A stretch of 38,378 bases of DNA from Candidatus Micrarchaeota archaeon (GCA_043820675.1 JBDRDM010000006.1:1-38378); one strand, 5' to 3'. Counted from the first letter of the stretch, positions 8,613-17,738 are shown. Notes: generated by a model from the sequence alone, not told the origin. Numbers and translations: made by a program.

Positions 8613-10103
8613 TCAATTCTTCCAATTCCTAAGAAGGTCAACGATGAGCCTTACCCCGTAGCCCGTTGCGCCCTTGATGCCATAGGGCTTTTCATAATCA
8701 TTCCAGGCCGTTCCGGCGATATCGAGGTGGACCCAGGGGTAGCTCACAAATTTTTTCAGGAAGGCCGCGGCGGTTATGGCGCCCGCATCGCCGGGTAAGT
8801 TCCCGATGTTCTTGACATCCGCGATGTCGCTTTTTATCTTGTCATCGTACTCGCGCCAGAGGGGAAGCGGCCAGCATTTCTCGCCCGTTCGCTCTCCGGA
8901 AAGCCGCACCTTTTCAATCATCTTCTCGTCATTTCCAAAAATGCCAGCGCAAACATCCCCAAGCGCTACAACGCAAGCTCCAGTGAGGGTTGCAAAATCT
9001 ATAACGGCCTTGGGCTTGAACCTTGCCGCATAAACAAGAGCATCTGCAAGAACCAGCCTGCCTTCAGCATCGGTATTTGCAATCTCGATTGTCTTGCCGT
9101 TCATTGCGGATACCACATCGCCCGGCTTTGAAGCGCTGCCGGAGGGCATGTTTTCCGTGAAGGGGGCAATGGCGATTAGATGGTAGGGCAGCTTGAGGGC
9201 AGCTGCGGCGGCAATAGCCCCGATCACGGTGCAGCCCCCGCTTTTATCCCATTTCATTTTCTCCATGTCCCTTGAAGGCTTGATGGATATTCCGCCGGAA
9301 TCGAAGGTAATGCCCTTGCCCACAAGGACCAAAGTCTCCTTTCCCTTGGGATTGTAATCCATTACGACGAGTTTGGGTTCCTGGACGCTGCCTTTTGCTA
9401 CGCTCAGGAAAGCATTCATTTTCAAGGCCCCTATTTCCTTAAGGCCGAGCACTTTGCATTTGATGCCGTATTTTGCCCCGACCTCCTGGGCCCTGCGTGC
9501 CATGTAGGCAGGGGTTGCAATGTTGCCCGGCTCGTTATTCATGTCCCTTACCAGATTTGCGGCGTCGCACACTGTCTGGGTGGCATCAATTATTTTTTGG
9601 ATCTCCTTAAGCCGATTGATTTCGGTGTAAATATTTGCATTTTCCAGCGCCTTTGGTTCCTTGGCGTCCTCCGTGCGGTATTTTTGGAATCGGTAACTGC
9701 CAAGAACTATTCCCTCGACAATAGCTGCCGCGCTAGCATCGGGGGTGCCGGGCGCATCAATAGCATGTGAAACGCCAAGGCTCGAAAGCCCAATGTTCCG
9801 TGCATATGTTGCGCCCTTTGCCGCTGCGCCGCGCATCCGCTCCTGGGTAAATTGGCTCCTTGGGCCCAATCCGGAGAGGATAATGCGCTTGGATTGCATT
9901 TTTTCCAGGTTATGGTTGAGCAGGTATATTTGCCCGGGTTTTGCGGTAAATTCACCTCCCTTAATCAAAGAGGAAATTGCGCCTTTTAGCTTTTCATCCA
10001 CATGCCTTGCTGGTTTGGGCAGCGGCTCATCCTTGAACAGTAAAAGCAAGAGCGCATCTTCATTGCCATCTTCTATCCTGCCCGCCTTGGCTTGCAATTT
10101 CAT
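8613..10103 (-). CDS. pepA: leucyl aminopeptidase (M17 family)
   Basis: The M17 signature NTDAEGRLVLADAL and VGKGITFDSGG are present. The track begins at GTG 10112. ATG 10103 is preceded by AGGTGA 6 nt upstream. Confidence 0.9.
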   Translation of the reverse strand: MKLQAKAGRIEDGNEDALLLLLFKDEPLPKPARHVDEKLKGAISSLIKGGEFTAKPGQIYLLNHNLEKMQSKRIILSGLGPRSQFTQERMRGAAAKGATYARNIGLSSLGVSHAIDAPGTPDASAAAIVEGIVLGSYRFQKYRTEDAKEPKALENANIYTEINRLKEIQKIIDATQTVCDAANLVRDMNNEPGNIATPAYMARRAQEVGAKYGIKCKVLGLKEIGALKMNAFLSVAKGSVQEPKLVVMDYNPKGKETLVLVGKGITFDSGGISIKPSRDMEKMKWDKSGGCTVIGAIAAAAALKLPYHLIAIAPFTENMPSGSASKPGDVVSAMNGKTIEIANTDAEGRLVLADALVYAARFKPKAVIDFATLTGACVVALGDVCAGIFGNDEKMIEKVRLSGERTGEKCWPLPLWREYDDKIKSDIADVKNIGNLPGDAGAITAAAFLKKFVSYPWVHLDIAGTAWNDYEKPYGIKGATGYGVRLIVDLLRNWKN

Positions 10104-10422
10104 GGAGCTCACCTATAACCACTAGAGAGTTGCAACGCTCTCAATTTCCCCTCTCAAAATAGTGAGAGGAATATCAGGCGGAGGTATATAAATGAGTCGG
10201 ATGGAGGTTTTTTATTCATATTTTTTCCACACAAATGGATTTATTGCATGGTTGAATTTCCAAGCAATCGAATATTTCTTATTGCGGACTATTGCAAACC
10301 CATTAATCACCTTTAAAAGGTTTTAGTCAGTAAATTTTACCTCGCGCTGATTTTTTCCTATTATCAGTTAGAGTGGGAAATAAAACCATCAAAATGAATT
10401 GTGTATTTTAAGGGGAATCCAC

Positions 10423-10887
10423 ATGGCAAGAAGGATAAAGAGCAAGATGAGGAAACACTACGCCAACCGCACATTTGGCAGTGGGAATACCAAGAACCGG
10501 CGGGGGAAGGGAAGCCGGGGGGGCGTTGGCAGGGCCGGTTTCCACAAGCATAAGAGGTTCCAGTACCTGAAATCTGAAGGTCCCTCGACCACAGTTGCAG
10601 GATTTGTCAACGTTTCAAGGAAAAAAATCGAGGTTGTCGGGCTCAATGAATTGTCCCTCCAAATTGAAAGGGGCGCTTACAAGAAGGCTGGGGACGCATA
10701 CGAAATCGACCTGAGGCGCAAAGGCAGGTTCGTGAAGCTGCTTGGGAATGGGGAATTTGGCATCAAGGCGAACATCAAGGCAGATGCGCATTCCGATTCG
10801 GCAAAGGAAAAGGTTGAAAAGGCGGGCGGCCAGATAATTATTTTAAAGGCCAAGGAACCATCAGAAAAGCAGCCTGTTTCAAAATGA
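10423..10887 (+). CDS. rpl15: 50S ribosomal protein uL15
   Basis: The N-terminus carries the Gly/Arg/Lys-rich uL15 pattern RKHYANRTFGSGNTKNRRGKGSRGGVGRAGFHKHKR, and the gene sits immediately upstream of secY as in archaeal ribosomal clusters. ATG 10423 is preferred over the track's TTG 10399. Confidence 0.85.
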   Translation: MARRIKSKMRKHYANRTFGSGNTKNRRGKGSRGGVGRAGFHKHKRFQYLKSEGPSTTVAGFVNVSRKKIEVVGLNELSLQIERGAYKKAGDAYEIDLRRKGRFVKLLGNGEFGIKANIKADAHSDSAKEKVEKAGGQIIILKAKEPSEKQPVSK

Positions 10888-11026
10888 CGGGCGTAAATCA
10901 GGGAAGGGAATAAGGTTTTTCAATGGCAAAATCTTTATTCGTCCGATCCGATCTTAATGATTGAAGGATTTTTGCAATACTTTGAATTCATGGCAATTAC
11001 CGGTTCGCGATTATGGGGAAGGAAAA

Positions 11027-12502
11027 ATGGGACTGATAGACGCATTAAAGCCGCTTATAAGCAACCTTCCCGAGGTTAAGGCACCTGCAAGGAAGCCGGG
11101 GCTGCGCGACAAGCTCATCTGGACTGCTGCCGTGCTGGTGCTGTTTTTCATCATGGGGCAGGTCTACCCATACGGCGCCGAGCAAACGATCATCCAGCAA
11201 TTCGAAAGATTTGAAATCCTTCTCGGAAGCCGCACGGGAACCCTCATAACAACGGGAATTGGCCCGATCGTGCTCGCATCCATCTTCCTACAGCTGGCGG
11301 TTGGGGCCAAGCTAATAAACCTGGATTTGTCTGATCCCGAAAACAAGAAGACGTTCCAGGGGATCCAGAAACTTCTCGCAATTTTCCTCTCGCTTGTCGA
11401 AGGATTCATATATTCCAAGGCGATAGTTGTCGCATCCGATGCGGCAACCGCCCAGCTATTCGCGGCAAATGCAATATTTGGGATAATAACCCCGCTTCAG
11501 CTGGCCGTCATGCTCCAGCTTACCATGGGATCGATCTTCCTCCTTTACCTGGATGAAGTCTGCCAAAAATACGGCATCGGCTCGGGGGTTTCCCTATTTA
11601 TCGCGGCAGGGGTCGCCCAGGCAATTTTTGTTGGCACATTCGGGTTCTTCGGACTGGATTGGCTAGGGATCCTGGGCGCAACAACTACCGAACCAGCGGG
11701 CATCATCCCAAATGCGATTTTCCAGTTTACCAGGGGCGATTTTGCAACCGCGATTTGGACACTGTTTCCGCTTATATTTACAATCATAGTGTTCCTGGTC
11801 GTAGTGTTTGCAGAAGGCATGAAAATCGAGCTGCCGCTCGCATACGGAGGCGCTAGGGGTCTTGGCGCGCGCTACCCGATAAAATTCCTCTACGTGAGCA
11901 ACATCCCGGTGATTTTGGCTTCGGCATTGCTGCTAAACGTGCAGGTGATTGGGCTATTCATGTTCAATGCAGGGATCCCTCTTTTAGGCGGATTCGATGC
12001 CACGACCAACAGGCCCATACAAGGCCTTGATGGCGGTTTAGCCTACCTCACAAGCGCCCTGCCCTCCCCGATTTTCCTTGTTGGAGGATATGCAACTTAT
12101 GTCAGCCAATACCTGCTAAACCCAACCGAGTTGCTGCATATACTAGTATATGGAATAGTCCTGGTGGTACTTTGCGTCATCTTCGGCTGGTTTTGGATTG
12201 AAAGCACCGGAATGGGGCCCGACAAAGTGGCTGCGCAGCTCAACAAAACGGGCCTGCAGATCCCGGGGTATAGGCAGGATCCGCGGATCACAGAAAAAAT
12301 CCTGCAAAAATACATACCCATCATCACCATTCTCGGCTCCATATTCGTTGGTGTGCTCGCATGGTTTGCCGACATCACCGGCGCATTGGGTACGGGAACG
12401 GGAATCCTTCTTACGGTAGGCATCCTTTACCGCTTCTATGAGGACCTTGCCCAGCAGCAAATTTTTGAGATGTATCCGATCCTGAAGCGTATCGCAAGAT
12501 GA
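11027..12502 (+). CDS. secY: preprotein translocase subunit SecY
   Basis: Polytopic membrane protein of typical SecY length and pattern (MGLIDALKPLISNLPEVKAP..., ...GTGILLTVGILYRFYE). The position follows uL15. ATG 11027 with GGGGAAGGA upstream is preferred over TTG 10961. Confidence 0.93.
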   Translation: MGLIDALKPLISNLPEVKAPARKPGLRDKLIWTAAVLVLFFIMGQVYPYGAEQTIIQQFERFEILLGSRTGTLITTGIGPIVLASIFLQLAVGAKLINLDLSDPENKKTFQGIQKLLAIFLSLVEGFIYSKAIVVASDAATAQLFAANAIFGIITPLQLAVMLQLTMGSIFLLYLDEVCQKYGIGSGVSLFIAAGVAQAIFVGTFGFFGLDWLGILGATTTEPAGIIPNAIFQFTRGDFATAIWTLFPLIFTIIVFLVVVFAEGMKIELPLAYGGARGLGARYPIKFLYVSNIPVILASALLLNVQVIGLFMFNAGIPLLGGFDATTNRPIQGLDGGLAYLTSALPSPIFLVGGYATYVSQYLLNPTELLHILVYGIVLVVLCVIFGWFWIESTGMGPDKVAAQLNKTGLQIPGYRQDPRITEKILQKYIPIITILGSIFVGVLAWFADITGALGTGTGILLTVGILYRFYEDLAQQQIFEMYPILKRIAR

Positions 12503-12996
12503 TTTATATGGAAATATTTGGTTTGCCGGAATGGGTCTTGATCTTCCTATCGGCGGTGTTTTTTTCCGCCTTGACCTCGTTCATCAGCCGCAAGACCGGC
12601 ATTAGGCAGAAAACTGACCATATCCAAAAAACGATGAAGGAATATCAAAAGGAGATGGCGGATGCGGTCAAGCGCGACGACAAAAAGAAGCTCGATGAGC
12701 TCAAGGTGCGCGAGCCCGAAGTCATGAAGATGATGAACGAGATGATGTTCCTCCCGTTCAAGAACATGATTTTCGTCATTCCCCTGTTCCTGGGATTCAT
12801 GTTCGTTTTGCAATCGAATTTCCAAACATTCCTGGTCGAGCTTCCAATCGCATTGCATATGAACGGAAACGAGCTTTTTGGGCTCAACATTTTCCATAAT
12901 TCGCATTACGGCCCCCGGGGCTTTTTCATCCTCTCGTCGGTCGTTACGGGCCTTGTGATCGAGCAGATTTGGAGCAAGGTATTGAAGAAGAAGTGA
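12499..12996 (+). CDS. DUF106-family membrane protein (archaeal YidC/Oxa1/EMC3-like insertase homolog)
   Basis: 165 aa with a TM1, Lys/Glu-rich coiled-coil (KTMKEYQKEMADAVKRDDKKKLDELK), TM2, TM3 layout. It holds the conserved position after secY. The ATGA overlap with the secY stop suggests translational coupling. Confidence 0.7.
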   Translation: MIYMEIFGLPEWVLIFLSAVFFSALTSFISRKTGIRQKTDHIQKTMKEYQKEMADAVKRDDKKKLDELKVREPEVMKMMNEMMFLPFKNMIFVIPLFLGFMFVLQSNFQTFLVELPIALHMNGNELFGLNIFHNSHYGPRGFFILSSVVTGLVIEQIWSKVLKKK

Positions 12997-13092
12997 TTGG
13001 AGGAAAGGGATGGACGCAATTATTATGGTGGGGAATACCGGAATTGGGGAAAAAGGGGATATTGGAATTTACGATCAAATGGTGAAAAAAAC

Positions 13093-13428
13093 ATGGTAAG
13101 GCCGGCATTGAGGAGCAGAAGTGCTAAGAAAAGGACAGTCAAGACACCGGGCGGCAGGGTTGCCCGGATATACAAGGCCAAGAAAACATCCAAGGCCCCA
13201 TGCGCCATATGCAGGGGCCTGCTTAGGGGCGTGCCTAATCTTGGCCGTTCTGGGATGCGCAAGCTTGCCAAGACGGAAAAAAGGCCAGAGCGGATGTTCG
13301 GGGGCGTGCTGTGCGGAAACTGCCTAAGGGCCCTCATAAGGGAAAAGATAAGGCTCGAATCAGGAATCCTTTCAAGGGAGGACGTTGGCATTAGCCATCT
13401 CAAATACATAGACATGATGAAAAAATAA
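13093..13428 (+). CDS. rpl34e: 50S ribosomal protein eL34 (L34e)
   Basis: MVRPALRSRSAKKRTVKTPGGRVARIYKAKK...CAICRGLLRGV...GGVLCGNCL matches the L34e N-terminal pattern with CxxC pairs. The track ORF begins at TTG 12997, but the conserved N-terminus begins at ATG 13093. Confidence 0.85.
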   Translation: MVRPALRSRSAKKRTVKTPGGRVARIYKAKKTSKAPCAICRGLLRGVPNLGRSGMRKLAKTEKRPERMFGGVLCGNCLRALIREKIRLESGILSREDVGISHLKYIDMMKK

Positions 13429-13529
13429 GGATTCGACGCAATTCGTTTTATTAAAGGCCCCCGTAAATTACGGGCCCATGGGATGATGGCCTCTTTTATT
13501 TATGCGGTGGGGATTTTCGGATATAAACG

Positions 13530-14132
13530 GTGGCGCATGTGAAGATTGCCGTGTCGGGCCTTTCGGGATCAGGGAATTCCACGGTCTGCAGGCTTGTTGG
13601 CAAGAAAATGGGGCTTAGGGTAATCAACTATACGTTCCGCGACATGGCAAAGGACCTTGGAATGGAATTCGAAAGATTGCACGATATCAGGAAGGAAGAT
13701 TGGAGTTACGATTATTTGCTGGACAGGAAGCTCCTTGAAATGTTTGGTGTGCAGGAAAACGCGATAATGGGCAGCCGGCTTGCCATCTGGATTGCGCCCG
13801 CGAATTTGCGGATCTGGCTTGATGCGGATCTTGGAACAAGAGCCAAAAGGATTGCAAAAAGGGAAGGAATAATGCCGGCAAGGGCGCTTGCATTGACAAG
13901 AAAGCGCGATGCGGAAAATGCCCGGCAGTACATGCTGCTCTATGGCCTCGACATCCGCAAGCATGCATTCGCAGACCTTGCAATCGACACAAATAAAATG
14001 CCGGCTGAAAAAGTAGCGCAAAGGATCGTTGCCCTTGCCCGGGGTAAAAATTTCGGGAAAACCAGGGAAAGCTCCCGCGCCCTGGGGATAAAAAGCAGAA
14101 TTGCGGCGGGATTGAAAAAAATCAGATGCTAA
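13530..14132 (+). CDS. cmk: archaeal-type cytidylate kinase
   Basis: KIAVSGLSGSGNSTVCRLVGKKMGLRVINYTFRDMAKDLGM and IWLDADLGTRAKRIAKREG closely parallel Pyrococcus/Methanocaldococcus Cmk (VSGLAGSGTTT..., IWLDAP..RAERVA.REG). The gene holds the conserved position between L34e and L14e. GTG start. Confidence 0.8.
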   Translation: MAHVKIAVSGLSGSGNSTVCRLVGKKMGLRVINYTFRDMAKDLGMEFERLHDIRKEDWSYDYLLDRKLLEMFGVQENAIMGSRLAIWIAPANLRIWLDADLGTRAKRIAKREGIMPARALALTRKRDAENARQYMLLYGLDIRKHAFADLAIDTNKMPAEKVAQRIVALARGKNFGKTRESSRALGIKSRIAAGLKKIRC

Positions 14133-14159
14133 AAAAAAGCTTGAAAACGGTGGTTAAAA

Positions 14160-14324
14160 ATGGCGGCAATCGAAGTCGGAAGGAAATATGTCAAGGTATC
14201 GGGCAGGACGGCGGGAAGCGAGGTTGAGGTCACGAAAATCATCGACCAGAACTTTTGCGAAGTTAAGGATGCGAAGGGGAAGGTGCGCAGGTGCAACATC
14301 GGCCATCTCGAGCCACTGCCCTAG
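14160..14324 (+). CDS. rpl14e: 50S ribosomal protein eL14 (L14e), short form
   Basis: Not in the ORF track (54 aa). Manual translation gives MAAIEVGRKYVKVSGRTAGSEVEVTKIIDQNFCEVKDAKGKVRRCNIGHLEPLP, matching the L14e KOW pattern (M.AIEVGR.CVK..GREAG...VIV.IID.NFV...RRCNI.HLEP). It holds the conserved position before cbf5. Confidence 0.75.
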   Translation: MAAIEVGRKYVKVSGRTAGSEVEVTKIIDQNFCEVKDAKGKVRRCNIGHLEPLP

Positions 14325-14375
14325 GCTGCGACCGGATTATCCAAATAAATTTAAAGGAAGCAATTTCGAGCACTT

Positions 14376-15305
14376 ATGCTAATCATCAACGAAGCTGAAG
14401 GCAAAATAGGGAAAAGGCCTTCGGAACGTCCCATCGGAGAACTTTTAGAATATGGCATAGCTGTGATCGATAAACCCCCGGGCCCAAGCTCGCATGAGGT
14501 ATCCGCATTCGCTAGGAAAATCCTCTCCTTGAAAGCTACGGGACACACCGGAACGCTCGACCAGAACGTATCGGGGGTGCTGGTTGTCCTGCTTGGGAGT
14601 TCGCGCAAAATGGCAGGCTACCTCTCTAAGGCCGATAAGAAGTACGTTTGCGTAATGCGGCTTTCGAAACCAACCAGCAATGCCCAACTCGAATGCGCCC
14701 TTGATAATTTCCGCGGTGAAATATACCAAAAGCCCCCACTGCAAAGCGCGGTTGCAAAAAAATTGAGGATTAGGAAAATTCATTCACTGAACGTGCTTGA
14801 AATAAGGGAAAACCTGGCATTGTTCGAATGTGCATGCGAGGCTGGAACCTATATCCGGAAGCTTGTTTTCGATATCGGCGAAATATTGGGGATAAAGGCG
14901 GAAATGGCGGAGCTTCGAAGGGTACGCGCCGGCCAATTTGATGAAAAGCAGGCCGTGAGCCTTCAGGAACTTGCAGACCATTATTGGGCCTGGAAGGAAA
15001 AGGGCGACGATAGTTACATCAGGAGGACTATTTTCCCTATCGAAACCCTCAAAATGAAAAAAATCGTCCTCACGGACGCCTCGGCACAAAAGATCAGGAA
15101 CGGCATCAGGCCAAAAATATCCGATGTGATGGCCTTGGATGAGAATATTGACTCTTTGGATGTTGTTGGACTTTTCACGCTCAACGGCGAGCTGATAGCT
15201 GCTGCTAGATCGCTAATGCCCTCGCATGAGGTAAAGCTCAAGCATGCCTCCGATGAGGACGCGCTGCCGGTTGCGGCCATCGAAAGGGTCATACACGAAT
15301 TTTAG
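14376..15305 (+). CDS. cbf5: tRNA/rRNA pseudouridine synthase Cbf5 (H/ACA RNP catalytic subunit)
   Basis: The TruB-family catalytic motif GIAVIDKPPGPSSHEV...GHTGTLDQNVSGVLVVLLG, a C-terminal PUA-like region, and conserved synteny. Confidence 0.9.
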   Translation: MLIINEAEGKIGKRPSERPIGELLEYGIAVIDKPPGPSSHEVSAFARKILSLKATGHTGTLDQNVSGVLVVLLGSSRKMAGYLSKADKKYVCVMRLSKPTSNAQLECALDNFRGEIYQKPPLQSAVAKKLRIRKIHSLNVLEIRENLALFECACEAGTYIRKLVFDIGEILGIKAEMAELRRVRAGQFDEKQAVSLQELADHYWAWKEKGDDSYIRRTIFPIETLKMKKIVLTDASAQKIRNGIRPKISDVMALDENIDSLDVVGLFTLNGELIAAARSLMPSHEVKLKHASDEDALPVAAIERVIHEF

Positions 15306-15385
15306 GAGGCGGCGGGCCATAAATGGGGGCTCCTTTAATAAAAGCATCAGTCTTAAATCTTCTCTGCTTAACGAGTGGTTAGTTT

Positions 15386-16600
15386 ATGCCTCAAGCCGAA
15401 TTGAACATTGGAACGGTTGGCCATGTCGACCACGGAAAAACGACGCTGGTCGCGGCGCTAACGCGCAAATGGACGGATACCCATTCCGAGGAGATCAAAA
15501 GGGGCATCACAATCAAGCTGGGGTACGCGGACATCGGGATTAGCAGGTGCGAAAAATGCACGGGCCCTGAAGGGTATACGACGGACAAGAAATGCGACAA
15601 TTGCGGAGGCCCGGTAAAATTTTTAAGGAAAATTTCATTTGTGGATTCTCCTGGTCACGAAACCCTGATGGCAACAGTGATTGCCGCGAGCAGCATAATG
15701 GACGGGGCGCTATTTGTCATAGCCGCAAATGAGAAATGCCCCATGCCCCAAACCGCAGAGCACCTCATGGTTTTGGAGGCTGCGGGAATAAAGAACATTG
15801 TAATCGCTCAAAATAAGGTAGATCTCGTAACAAGACAGCAGGCAATCGAGAATTATCGGGAGATCAAGGAATTCCTGAAGGGCACGATGTTTGAAAACGC
15901 GCCGATCATCCCTACTGCTGCGCATTCATTAAAATCGCTATCCGCGCTCATTGCCGCAATCCAGGAGACCATCCCAACACCCAAGCGCAATCCCGAGGCC
16001 GACCCTTCACTTTACGTTGCAAGGAGCTTTGATGTTAATAAGCCTGGGGCAAAGATCGAAAGGCTCATTGGCGCGGTTTTCGGGGGCTCTATGGTCAGGG
16101 GAAGGCTCGCAATCGGAGACGAAGTGGAGCTTTCGCCCGGTATATTAAAGAAGAAGAAGGATCGCGAAACATACGAGATACTCAAGACCAAAATCACGGG
16201 GCTCTTTGCAGAAAAAGAAAAGCTCGAGGAGGCATTCCCGGGGGGGCTCATTGGAATTTCCACCACGCTGGATCCTGCCCTTAGCAAATCCGACGGGCTT
16301 GTTGGCAACCTTGTCGGGAGGGCGGGCACGCTCCCGGAAACGAAACTGGAAATAAAGGTCGAAATCGAGCCGCTTAAAAGGGCGATCGAGAGCTTCAATA
16401 CTACTCCGGGAATAAACGAACCCCTGGTGCTAGGAATCGGGACCAACACCACCATCGGATTCATCATTGAGAGGAAAAAGAAGGCGTTTTTCCTTAAATT
16501 GAAAAAGCCGGTTTGCGCAAGCATCGGGAATAAGCTTGCGATAATGCGCAGGGCAAATAACCGCTGGCATCTTTATGGAGTGGCAACAATTGTAGCATAA
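15386..16600 (+). CDS. eif2g: translation initiation factor aIF2 gamma subunit
   Basis: NIGTVGHVDHGKTTL, the zinc-ribbon insert CEKCTGPEGYTTDKKCDNCGG, DSPGHE and NKVDL. Confidence 0.95.
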   Translation: MPQAELNIGTVGHVDHGKTTLVAALTRKWTDTHSEEIKRGITIKLGYADIGISRCEKCTGPEGYTTDKKCDNCGGPVKFLRKISFVDSPGHETLMATVIAASSIMDGALFVIAANEKCPMPQTAEHLMVLEAAGIKNIVIAQNKVDLVTRQQAIENYREIKEFLKGTMFENAPIIPTAAHSLKSLSALIAAIQETIPTPKRNPEADPSLYVARSFDVNKPGAKIERLIGAVFGGSMVRGRLAIGDEVELSPGILKKKKDRETYEILKTKITGLFAEKEKLEEAFPGGLIGISTTLDPALSKSDGLVGNLVGRAGTLPETKLEIKVEIEPLKRAIESFNTTPGINEPLVLGIGTNTTIGFIIERKKKAFFLKLKKPVCASIGNKLAIMRRANNRWHLYGVATIVA

Positions 16601-16731
16601 TTCAGCTAGGATAAACACAGTGCTGCCATTTCCATTACCACCGCCTCCCCCACAGCCCATAATAAATTCTTGATGTTCAACGCAAGCTATATAAACTTAA
16701 TAAAGAATTAACCACTTTCCAGGGATAAACG

Positions 16732-17337
16732 ATGCCGATATTGAGCACCAACGTCGATAAGCTGATGGATTTCATCAATCTCAGGCATGGCTGCACCATC
16801 GAGGATGCAAGCCGGGCCCTTAGCCAGCCGTATAAAAAGGTCGAGCAAATTGCCGAGACACTTTCGAAAAGCGGGCTAATAGAAATAAAGTACGGATTCA
16901 CGGGGACCAGGCTTATCCCTAAGTCAAACGGATTTGCTTCACTTGCACATAACGGCAACGGCATCAAGAAAGAACTGGTAGCGCCTACGATCGAAAGGAT
17001 AGAAGCGATCGATAAGGAGCTTGCGCAGGCAAAGAAGATCATGGAATTTTCAGAGCGCGAAATAAAGGCGAAAATTTCCCGAGCGAAAAACCATTTTGAA
17101 TTGCTAAGGGAGGAGGATATTTCATACGAGGTTGCAAGGATCGGCATGGGCCGGATGCGCAACCTCGAATTTTCCATACGGGTACTTGAGGAGAAGGCGG
17201 ATTCCCTTGGAAAAACGGCTTTTGAAATACGCCAGCACATGGGCGGCCTTGAAGGGATGCTCGAGATAAAAACCTCAAACGGCGAGAGGGGAAGCCCAAG
17301 CCCCAAGGTGCTCTCGAGGATCTTTGGGATGCGCTGA
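16732..17337 (+). CDS. hypothetical wHTH plus coiled-coil protein
   Basis: 201 aa. The N-terminus LMDFINLRHGCTIEDASRALSQPYKKVEQIAETLSKSGLIEIKY looks like a TrmB/MarR-type winged helix, followed by heptad-like Lys/Glu-rich sequence. TATA-like TTAATAAAG lies about 26 nt upstream. The antisense 209-aa ORF (16677..17306) is Ser/Leu-rich and rejected. Confidence 0.55.
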   Translation: MPILSTNVDKLMDFINLRHGCTIEDASRALSQPYKKVEQIAETLSKSGLIEIKYGFTGTRLIPKSNGFASLAHNGNGIKKELVAPTIERIEAIDKELAQAKKIMEFSEREIKAKISRAKNHFELLREEDISYEVARIGMGRMRNLEFSIRVLEEKADSLGKTAFEIRQHMGGLEGMLEIKTSNGERGSPSPKVLSRIFGMR

Positions 17338-17390
17338 ATGTTCTAATTGCAGTTGAAAATGATAACGCCCGTACCCTATTTTGAATTTGG

Positions 17391-17406
17391 TTTTTTTTAA
17401 AAAAAA
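17391..17406. terminator. T8A8 palindromic tract, a candidate bidirectional oligo-T terminator
   Basis: TTTTTTTTAAAAAAAA lies between the convergent gene 16732..17337(+) and tRNA-Arg(-). Archaeal termination uses oligo-T tracts. Confidence 0.4.
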
Positions 17407-17456
17407 TCAACTATCAAATTGCCATTATACCAATTCTAATTAACAAAAAAAATATA

Positions 17457-17530
17457 CGGGCCCGCCGGGATTTGAACCCGGATCAAAAGCTCCGCAAGCT
17501 TCCGTTCTGTCCAGATTATACTACGGGCCC
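17457..17530 (-). tRNA. tRNA-Arg (anticodon GCG), no intron, CCA not encoded
   Basis: Reverse complement: GGGCCCGTAGTATAATCTGGACAGAACGGAAGCTTGCGGAGCTTTTGATCCGGGTTCAAATCCCGGCGGGCCCG. Acceptor stem is a 7-bp GGGCCCG/CGGGCCC. T arm is CCGGG-TTCAAAT-CCCGG. Anticodon arm is GAAGC-TTGCGGA-GCTTT with U33 and anticodon GCG. The D stem is weak (one A.A and one U.G pair). Confidence 0.8.
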
Positions 17531-17532
17531 AA

Positions 17533-17610
17533 CCCCTATAGGGGGCTAAGCCCCCTACTCGGGTCACGCAGACTTTATGTCTGCTGAACCGCGATGCTTC
17601 GCATCACGGT
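17533..17610. other. cluster of three GC-rich stem-loops directly upstream of tRNA-Arg (candidate structured leader or small RNA)
   Basis: Three hairpins: GGGGG-CTAAG-CCCCC (17541-17555, extendable), GCAGAC-TTTAT-GTCTGC (17568-17584), and ACCGCGATGC-TTC-GCATCACGGT (17588-17610, one mismatch). There is also the palindrome CCCCTATAGGGG (17533-17544). No ORF. No C/D or H/ACA boxes that I could match confidently. Confidence 0.3.
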
Positions 17611-17738
17611 CGCCCCTACCCCCTTATTTTGAAATCAATCAAACCATCGGGCAGCGGCTAAGTATTATCCAAGCGAGTGATTAAAAAGCTAAAGCCGGAT
17701 AATAAAACCTTCGAAATTCCAATTTAAGGTGAGAACTG

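Noticed and set aside
13530-14132. Apparent loss of the Walker-A lysine in cytidylate kinase (GLSGSGNST)
   Set aside because: Archaeal-type Cmk proteins that I recall also lack the canonical Lys at this position (Pyrococcus VSGLAGSGTTT, Methanocaldococcus GLPGTGTTT), so this is a family trait rather than a degenerate gene.
14188-14382. 64-aa + strand ORF (MSRYRAGRREARLRS...)
   Set aside because: It is out of frame with, and overlaps, the 54-aa ORF that matches ribosomal protein L14e in the conserved syntenic slot.
16677-17306. 209-aa minus-strand ORF opposite 16732..17337
   Set aside because: The Ser/Leu/Phe-rich translation is typical of the antisense of a Lys/Glu-rich coiled-coil gene. 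The + frame has a wHTH-like head and an upstream TATA box.
17457-17620. GC-rich region next to tRNA-Arg considered as a tRNA intron, split-tRNA half or second tRNA
   Set aside because: The 74-nt tRNA folds completely without it. The adjacent hairpins have stems of 5-10 bp with 3-5-nt loops, which do not fit D, anticodon or T arm geometry. The region is kept only as an unexplained structured region.
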